Of a DNA stretch of 51,759 nt, positions 46,153 to 51,759 are shown piece by piece. Position numbers and translations under genes: made by a program. Numbering within the stretch: position 1 is the first letter of the stretch; each line of letters opens with the position of its first letter. Source of the DNA: Escherichia phage vB_EcoD_Fulano1; the sequence record OL539459.1; one strand, 5' to 3'. Under the pieces are notes generated by a model. The model ran no database searches, was not told the origin of the DNA, and saw only the letters and a program-made list of their open reading frames with translations.

Positions 46153-46362
46153 ATGGATCAGAACAAAACAGCAAAATATAAATTCACTGACGACTACGGA
46201 GACACTATCGACGTTTATCAGCGTGGGAATCAGATCTTTATCGATGGCACTTTCGAATATGGCCGGATGCCAGACTTTCGGGGAATACTTTCGGCAGATA
46301 GCGCGCGACGCATGGCGAACGTGTTAAATAAACTGGCGGCAAAGATTGAGGCGATGCAATGA
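46153..46362 (+). CDS. hypothetical protein
   Basis: 69 aa ORF. Confidence 0.4.
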   Translation: MDQNKTAKYKFTDDYGDTIDVYQRGNQIFIDGTFEYGRMPDFRGILSADSARRMANVLNKLAAKIEAMQ

Positions 46363-46898
46363 AAAAATACACTTTCGAACTATGGGGCAATAAGTACGAA
46401 TTTACGACAAGCAAGCCTATTGTTGTGTGCGATCTCGACGGCACGCTATCGGACGGATCGCATCGTTTGCATTTGCTGCCAAATGAAAACTTGCACCTTA
46501 CGGAATCGTGGCGCGAGTTTAACAGGGCCGCCGCCGGAGATTCACCGATTAAAAGCACTATCGCGGTTATTAACGGTTTATGGGTGTCGGGATTTGCCAT
46601 CGTCATCTTGACCGGACGCAGCGACGAGGTTCGCTATGAAACCTGCAAATGGTTGAATGAGAACGGCGTGAAGTTTGACGAAATCATCATGCGCCGCCAG
46701 GAGGACAACCGAAAGGATACTGTTATTAAAGAAGAAGCCTTGCGCGCTATTGGCCTGGACAATATTGTTTGCGCCTTTGACGATTCGCCGAGCGTGGTTA
46801 AGCACTTCCGCAGCTTGGGGATCACAACCTATCAGGTCACGGAATACGACAAGCCACACGCTCACATACAATCTCACGGCGTGGATGAATTGAAATGA
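46359..46898 (+). CDS. HAD-family phosphatase (polynucleotide 3'-phosphatase-like)
   Basis: motif I VVCDLDGTL, motif II ILTGRS, motif IV FDDSPS. Confidence 0.6.
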   Translation: MKKYTFELWGNKYEFTTSKPIVVCDLDGTLSDGSHRLHLLPNENLHLTESWREFNRAAAGDSPIKSTIAVINGLWVSGFAIVILTGRSDEVRYETCKWLNENGVKFDEIIMRRQEDNRKDTVIKEEALRAIGLDNIVCAFDDSPSVVKHFRSLGITTYQVTEYDKPHAHIQSHGVDELK

Positions 46899-47056
46899 CC
46901 TGGTTACTTTTAATCTTTGTCACAAGTTACAATTCCGCCGCTATTGAATCGCAAGAGTTCCACGGCGAATCAAGATGCCAGGAAGCACGAAAACAAGTTG
47001 TTCTCCACATGTCAGATAGTGGGAAAGATGTAACAGCGCTATGCGTTCGTAAATAG
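46895..47056 (+). CDS. hypothetical small protein
   Basis: 53 aa ORF not in track, ATGA overlap with phosphatase stop, hydrophobic N-terminus. Confidence 0.25.
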   Translation: MTWLLLIFVTSYNSAAIESQEFHGESRCQEARKQVVLHMSDSGKDVTALCVRK

Positions 47057-47072
47057 CACTTTTTGCAAAAAC
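47053..47072 (+). promoter_or_regulatory. recurrent element ATAGCACTTTTTGCAAAAAC
   Basis: overlaps stop TAG of small ORF; TATAGT 47091-47096 in hairpin loop. Confidence 0.4.
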
Positions 47073-47127
47073 ACATTATCGGGCTTGCGGTATAGTAAGC
47101 CCATCGACAACAAGCGAGGATTAAATC

Positions 47128-47391
47128 ATGGTTAATAAAGTTGAGTTTTTCAAAGCGGTAGACAAGATTGACGGCGCGCCAAGTTTCTTTGCTATCCATT
47201 CCATTGACGGCGAAGACGTTGCATACAACGTGATTAGTCGAGACGGTATATCAAAACTTAGTGACCTGGTGGGTTATATTGTGGCAAACGGGAAATGTGC
47301 ATGGCCCGATTCGCCACGAGAGCCGCGCCGCCGCGACATGCAAAATCCAGTCCTGCTTTACACGCTGGTAATTGAAGGAGTCAACAAATGA
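47128..47391 (+). CDS. hypothetical protein
   Basis: 87 aa ORF behind recurrent element. Confidence 0.35.
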   Translation: MVNKVEFFKAVDKIDGAPSFFAIHSIDGEDVAYNVISRDGISKLSDLVGYIVANGKCAWPDSPREPRRRDMQNPVLLYTLVIEGVNK

Positions 47392-47588
47392 TTTGGTTAC
47401 TTGTATTTTTGGTGGTTTTCTTTTATATTTCAGGCTTATTCATCTTCCGTGCGCTGGTGAAAACATGCGATTGCACGGATAAAGATCAGCCTCTTGTTCT
47501 GATGTTCTGGTTTGTGTGGTTTTGGGTTGTGTGGTTTTGGGTTGCGCTTTATCAGATTGTACGGGATAAAAGCGGATTCAAGTGGTGA
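47388..47588 (+). CDS. small membrane protein (Trp/Phe-rich)
   Basis: 66 aa, two hydrophobic segments, FWFVWFWVVWFWV from DNA direct repeat 47508-47540. Confidence 0.4.
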   Translation: MIWLLVFLVVFFYISGLFIFRALVKTCDCTDKDQPLVLMFWFVWFWVVWFWVALYQIVRDKSGFKW

Positions 47589-47782
47589 TTCTTACTATAG
47601 CGCATTCACGCAGTGCGCTATGTTGAGATAACAACATGAGATCATGAAGATGCGAAACTTCGAAAAAATCGTATCCAAAAAGAAGCGATACAGCTACCAC
47701 GAGCACCAAGAGATGAATCAACGCTATCGCAATAAGCGCCAGCGCAAAGGTAAACATTCCGGTAAACATGGAGAAAATCAAT

Positions 47783-48373
47783 ATGAAACGAGACATTATC
47801 ATCCTTAACGGACCGCCAGGAGTTGGCAAAGATACGCTTGCCGCATACTTAACGGGCCATCGTTACGCAGCGGTTAAAGCGTCGTTTAAACAGCCGATGT
47901 TTGATATTGCATTCTCCATGCTTGGCGTTTACAGATATGACGAGTTCATTGATCTGTATAACGACCGCGAGCAGAAAGAAAAGCCTCAAGCAATCTTGCA
48001 AGGCAAGTCTCCGCGACAATTCATGATTTGGATTAGTGAAGAAGTCATGAAGCCAGCTTTTGGCGAGCAATATTTTGGGAATCGCATGGTTGAGCAGGTA
48101 CACGAGATGTACAGAGATTTAGCTGTTGTAATTAGTGATGGAGGATTCCCTGAAGAAATCAAGCCGCTCGTTAAGGCAGGCCATGAAGTTCACATTTGCC
48201 GACTGCATCGCGAAGGATTCACGTTTGATGGCGATTCGCGAAACTATATTGACCTGAGCGGATACCATTACCGAGTCAAGCATTACGACTTCACAATGAC
48301 TGATGGCGAGCCAGAAAAGACTGTTGATGAGATCATCAAAACGGTGCAGTGGAAACACACAAAGATTAAATAG
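47783..48373 (+). CDS. P-loop kinase (nucleotide/polynucleotide kinase-like)
   Basis: Walker A ILNGPPGVGKDT; ORF track 47768 trimmed to ATG 47783 behind GGAG. Confidence 0.55.
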   Translation: MKRDIIILNGPPGVGKDTLAAYLTGHRYAAVKASFKQPMFDIAFSMLGVYRYDEFIDLYNDREQKEKPQAILQGKSPRQFMIWISEEVMKPAFGEQYFGNRMVEQVHEMYRDLAVVISDGGFPEEIKPLVKAGHEVHICRLHREGFTFDGDSRNYIDLSGYHYRVKHYDFTMTDGEPEKTVDEIIKTVQWKHTKIK

Positions 48374-48389
48374 CACGAATTGCTAAAAG
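48370..48389 (+). promoter_or_regulatory. recurrent element, GAATT variant ATAGCACGAATTGCTAAAAG
   Basis: overlaps kinase stop TAG; hairpin then TATAAT. Confidence 0.45.
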
Positions 48390-48443
48390 CGGGGCGCAAT
48401 GCCTCGCTATAATGCAAACACCAATCAACGAGAGGAAACAATC

Positions 48444-48848
48444 ATGGTAGAGTTAAACGACATTCGCGTAGGCACAAAATTTCGCGTAACCTGGGTATAT
48501 GATGAGCGATGCGGCATTCGCAAAGGTGAGATTGTAACGGCTTCCGATCGTTATATCGGATCGTTAAAAGAGTTTAACCGACCACGCATCAAGAATGGCT
48601 ATATCATTACTCGACGACTTGGCTTTGATCATTATTGCGTAGTGGCAACTCAAGGCGTTTTGATTGAGCTTAAGCGAATCAGCGATCATCGCGGCTGCCA
48701 TGTTAAGACAATGAAAACACCATTTCAGCGAGCGCGATACGATGCGCGACGTATGCGCCGACTTGCGCGCAATGCGATCAAGTTCAAAAAGCCTGGTAAT
48801 GATTTTTACGTCATGTACAAGGGGATTGCGCGAAATGCTGGGAAATAA
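48444..48848 (+). CDS. hypothetical protein
   Basis: trimmed to ATG 48444 behind GAGAGGA. Confidence 0.4.
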   Translation: MVELNDIRVGTKFRVTWVYDERCGIRKGEIVTASDRYIGSLKEFNRPRIKNGYIITRRLGFDHYCVVATQGVLIELKRISDHRGCHVKTMKTPFQRARYDARRMRRLARNAIKFKKPGNDFYVMYKGIARNAGK

Positions 48849-48947
48849 CAACAACGCAACAAATCAAAAGCCGCCATTTGATTTTCATGAAATCATGATT
48901 GTGTTATTCTTGATTCTCTTAGTTATTTATTCAGTGAGGGCCGCACT

Positions 48948-49211
48948 ATGGTTTTTAACGCACTAAAACGAATCTTTAAACCTGAATACCGGATCGTTGC
49001 TTGCACAGAATGCAAGATTTATTACCTGCAACGCCGCCGCGTTATTAGTGGCGATTGGGAATATCTGACGGATGATGCTTTCGGCTTTTGGGCTATGGAG
49101 TTCAATAGCTACAGCGAAGCGCGTGAGTACGCTAAAAAGTTGCACAAGTTCAGACCTTACAAGCTGCGTTTGCTGGTTGTCAAAAAATGCGATGTGTTGG
49201 ATCACGAATGA
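48948..49211 (+). CDS. hypothetical protein
   Basis: 87 aa ORF. Confidence 0.35.
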   Translation: MVFNALKRIFKPEYRIVACTECKIYYLQRRRVISGDWEYLTDDAFGFWAMEFNSYSEAREYAKKLHKFRPYKLRLLVVKKCDVLDHE

Positions 49212-49387
49212 AAAGAGTAATTATCATTTTTATTGCCATTATCGCTGGTTGCTACCTGGCTTATAATTATAGCGGCATTGTTGAGTCAATCGGCAGGTTG
49301 ATTATCTTCATGGCTGGCGGGTATGCTGGCTATTATGATGGATTCGAAAACGGAAAGCGTTACATGCTTACCGGAAAAAAGAAGTAA
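49208..49387 (+). CDS. small membrane protein / possible lipoprotein
   Basis: ATGA overlap at 49208; MKRVIIIFIAIIAGC resembles signal peptide with lipobox. Confidence 0.35.
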   Translation: MKRVIIIFIAIIAGCYLAYNYSGIVESIGRLIIFMAGGYAGYYDGFENGKRYMLTGKKK

Positions 49388-49430
49388 TGTTAACCGCGCC
49401 GCTTCGGTGGCGCTAAAAGGAGGAAACAAA

Positions 49431-49718
49431 ATGGCTAAAAGCAATCGTAAAATGTTGATTAACGCATTCGAAAAGGCGGCGCTTGAGCGTGGTTGGAATG
49501 ACTCATTTCACACAGCAAACTGTATCCGCCGTTACGGATTCAAGAATTGCCGATCCTGGGCGCGTCAAATGGCTTCATGGTATGATCTTGATGCGCATTA
49601 CCTTGATATGGATTGCGCCCTGGTTGAAATGATTGAGCAGGCAGCATTAGAGGATCGACCATTAACGCAATCTGATTTTGACGATTTTGTGCGCGATGAA
49701 ATCTATTACATGAGCTAA
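49431..49718 (+). CDS. hypothetical protein
   Basis: trimmed to ATG 49431 behind AAAGGAGG. Confidence 0.4.
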   Translation: MAKSNRKMLINAFEKAALERGWNDSFHTANCIRRYGFKNCRSWARQMASWYDLDAHYLDMDCALVEMIEQAALEDRPLTQSDFDDFVRDEIYYMS

Positions 49719-49737
49719 TAGCACTTTTTGTTAAAAC
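49718..49737 (+). promoter_or_regulatory. recurrent element ATAGCACTTTTTGTTAAAAC
   Basis: directly after stop TAA of 49431..49718. Confidence 0.4.
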
Positions 49738-49793
49738 TTCCGCGAGGGCATTTGTTAAAGTGTCCTCATTGAAGCGAAACAGAGGAAATAAAA

Positions 49794-50006
49794 ATGAAAA
49801 TTCGAATCACCAGGGTTGACATTGACCGTAACGACGGAAGCATTACCCTTGAGCAATGCGGATTCAAAGTTGGTGACATTGTAGAGGTTGACGGATTCTT
49901 TCGCGATGGTTCTTACTGCGTGTTAGCAATCCGAAACACAGAAGAAATTCGAATCGGTGATAACATCGGCGTAAACCATGACGAATGCGAGGTAGTAGAA
50001 GAATGA
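49794..50006 (+). CDS. hypothetical protein
   Basis: 70 aa, RBS GAGGAA. Confidence 0.35.
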   Translation: MKIRITRVDIDRNDGSITLEQCGFKVGDIVEVDGFFRDGSYCVLAIRNTEEIRIGDNIGVNHDECEVVEE

Positions 50007-50236
50007 TCACGATTAACCTGTCAGAGCAGCAAGCAGCACAGATTATGCGTCATATTTCCGTAATGGGTATTGATGGTGATTTCTCTGAAGTGGTGAAGCA
50101 GATTTATCGCCAACTTGCGCCAGCATCAACAATGGCGTCTGAGGTTGCAGTATGGCGTCACGAGGCAGGATACACGCAAAGGATGATTGAAGACTGGAAG
50201 CGCAAAAACGAGACTGCGGAGGATGCAGGATTATGA
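50003..50236 (+). CDS. hypothetical protein
   Basis: ATGA overlap with previous stop. Confidence 0.35.
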   Translation: MITINLSEQQAAQIMRHISVMGIDGDFSEVVKQIYRQLAPASTMASEVAVWRHEAGYTQRMIEDWKRKNETAEDAGL

Positions 50237-50547
50237 TTTACATTCACTACTACCAGATCGGGACAAACGAAAACAAGCATGATCGCAGAGCAATTTGTGA
50301 CACGCTCGAAGATGCGAAAGCACAGCAACGCGTTTTGGGTGGTGTAATTCAGGCTTTTGAGCCAGTGGAAGACATAGAGCACAGAGAGCATTTGAAAGAG
50401 ATTGTTGTTGATGAAATTTCATCACTAATCGACGACATGACAAATCACGGTCCTGGTTCTCCGTGGGAAGAAGCTGGATCGACGGAGTGGGATTGCGCTA
50501 AAGTTGCAACTCTTAACAACTTTCGTGAGTTGCTCGACGATTTTTAA
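50233..50547 (+). CDS. hypothetical acidic protein
   Basis: 104 aa, ATGA overlap. Confidence 0.4.
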   Translation: MIYIHYYQIGTNENKHDRRAICDTLEDAKAQQRVLGGVIQAFEPVEDIEHREHLKEIVVDEISSLIDDMTNHGPGSPWEEAGSTEWDCAKVATLNNFRELLDDF

Positions 50548-50617
50548 TTAAAATTGAATGCCTTATACAGCGAACAGGACGCATTTTGACGAGGCATTTT
50601 TTAGGTAAGGTGATTCA

Positions 50618-50746
50618 ATGGATAACTACATAAAACCGTCGCAGTGGTGCGCACAGATGCAAGAGGAAGCATTAGAACGAGGCGACACTGAAACGGCAAT
50701 GCACTATTTCGAAATGTACAACTTGTGGAAGGGTAGAGGTCTGTAA
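50618..50746 (+). CDS. hypothetical small protein
   Basis: 42 aa ORF not in track, RBS AAGGTGA, stop overlaps next start. Confidence 0.25.
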   Translation: MDNYIKPSQWCAQMQEEALERGDTETAMHYFEMYNLWKGRGL

Positions 50747-50976
50747 TGTTTGGAATGAACGAGGCACAATTCAACGCTGCAAAACGCCAGGCTAAGAAGT
50801 GCGGAGAGGCAATGAAGGCGGATGTTGAAAAGCGCGGAAAGTATGTTGATGAAGTTATGAAGGGCATTATTGCCGAACATTATCAGCCAGTTTCGCCAAT
50901 GCTGACAATTACCCAATTCATCTGGTTGTGTGGTTATCTTCGTGGGCGATGGGGAAACGCATTTGACCGCGAATGA
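50746..50976 (+). CDS. hypothetical protein
   Basis: 76 aa ORF. Confidence 0.35.
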   Translation: MFGMNEAQFNAAKRQAKKCGEAMKADVEKRGKYVDEVMKGIIAEHYQPVSPMLTITQFIWLCGYLRGRWGNAFDRE

Positions 50977-51005
50977 TTGACAACGATTTACTGATTGGTT
51001 AACAT
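50977..51005 (+). promoter_or_regulatory. sigma70-like promoter TTGACA-17-TAACAT
   Basis: consensus -35 with 17-nt spacer, directly after stop of 50746..50976. Confidence 0.45.
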
Positions 51006-51122
51006 CTTCGGTGTTTACATAAGAGCGGCGTTAGTGCCGAACGGGTGGCGCGGTTGCCACGCAACAACGGCGATATGCAGGTTTTTACCGTAATACGTAT
51101 CGCCTTTTTTATAGGTGAATAT

Positions 51123-51356
51123 ATGGAAAAGTACAAATTAACTTTCATGTTTAATAGTATGGTGATGAATCCCTTAAATGGTTACGCTTGCAATAGCTTT
51201 TCTGTTACCGTGAATGAGGATGAAATTGATGATGATGGCAAATTCATTCGAATTGGTGAATACTTGTACCCAGTTCACAATATCAATTGCATCAAACGCG
51301 AGATTGTAAAAGATGAAGTACAAAGTAAAGCTGACGATCAGGCGAATGGGGCGTAA
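51123..51356 (+). CDS. hypothetical protein
   Basis: ORF track 51045..51356 trimmed to ATG 51123 behind AGGTGA; upstream part spans hairpin plus T-run. Confidence 0.35.
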   Translation: MEKYKLTFMFNSMVMNPLNGYACNSFSVTVNEDEIDDDGKFIRIGEYLYPVHNINCIKREIVKDEVQSKADDQANGA

Positions 51357-51501
51357 TTGCCAGTCATGTAGGCAGGATTTTGAATGCGAGATTTCAGCGC
51401 AAAATCCTGTTGACGCGATTCAATGTGCTAAAGTTATATCAGGTGCAGATCCAGAGACGCATCAATTTTCAATAAATTTTGTAAGGGAAGTATCATGTTA
51501 A
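51346..51501 (+). CDS. hypothetical Cys-rich small protein
   Basis: ORF track 51313..51501 trimmed to ATG 51346 to limit overlap. Confidence 0.2.
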   Translation: MGRNCQSCRQDFECEISAQNPVDAIQCAKVISGADPETHQFSINFVREVSC

Positions 51502-51728
51502 ACTTAATTTCTGCTTTTGTTATTGGTTTTGTTTTTGCTGTGATTATTCTGCTTATCGCGTCGGAAAAGATTTGCAAATTTCTTGCTAAGAACGGGAAGT
51601 TTGCAAGCGCGACATGGAATAACAAGATGCAGCGATGGGATGTGCGCGGTCACTATCTGACGATTGGTAGCAGAATCCATCAGCATCTGAAGAATCAAGA
51701 AGATGAAAAAGTAAAATACAAGTGTTGA
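51495..51728 (+). CDS. small membrane protein
   Basis: 77 aa, hydrophobic N-terminal helix; followed by terminator. Confidence 0.35.
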   Translation: MLNLISAFVIGFVFAVIILLIASEKICKFLAKNGKFASATWNNKMQRWDVRGHYLTIGSRIHQHLKNQEDEKVKYKC

Positions 51729-51735
51729 ACAACTA

Positions 51736-51758
51736 CCCGCCAAATGGCGGGTTTTTTA
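51736..51758 (+). terminator. intrinsic terminator
   Basis: stem CCCGCC/GGCGGG, loop AAAT, then T6. Confidence 0.75.
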
Positions 51759-51759
51759 T

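Noticed and set aside
47578-47829. 83-aa hydrophobic minus-strand ORF
   Set aside because: Antisense in a plus-strand operon, overlapping the kinase start; hydrophobicity likely reflects the mirror of A-rich codons. A 55-codon plus-strand basic ORF (47644..47808) in the same region was also left uncalled.
1-51759. Integrase, CI/Cro-type repressor, excisionase or attP (lysogeny module)
   Set aside because: No recombinase-like ORF or immunity region recognised; organisation matches a virulent T1-like phage. The HTH proteins found are linked to replication and phosphoesterase genes.

Overview
The window reads as an essentially complete genome of a virulent T1-like siphophage of enterobacteria (Drexlerviridae-type organisation); this is an inference from gene order and motifs, no database search was possible. 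Layout: (i) 50-20657 (+) packaging, head and lambda-like tail module (TerS, TerL, portal, major capsid, major tail, G/GT chaperone with a -1 slippery site, tape measure, M/L/K/I/J homologues); (ii) a leftward Cor-like lipoprotein gene; (iii) 21418-24047 (+) recombination module (PD-(D/E)xK exonuclease, Erf, SSB ending DFDDDIPF); (iv) 24062-29458 (-) an unexplained block headed by a glycine-rich ORF with no canonical start, then side tail fibre, primase-like gene and HTH protein; (v) 29548-35989 (+) helicase, VRR-NUC, Dam methyltransferase, HTH-phosphoesterase, holin, SAR endolysin, u-spanin; (vi) 36001-43212 (-) early block with three paralogous HNH-AP2 endonucleases, a P-loop NTPase and a C5-cytosine methyltransferase; (vii) 43611-51728 (+) small early genes, a HAD phosphatase and a P-loop kinase. 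No integrase, repressor, tRNA or CRISPR array was recognised. The most notable unexplained signals are a roughly 19-bp element (ATAGCACTTTTTGTTAAAAC and a GAATT variant) at about 17 intergenic sites, two homologous ~300-bp divergent control regions 22 kb apart, and the start-less glycine-rich ORF. Coordinates were counted by hand and may be off by 1-2 nt; functional calls rest on motif recognition only.
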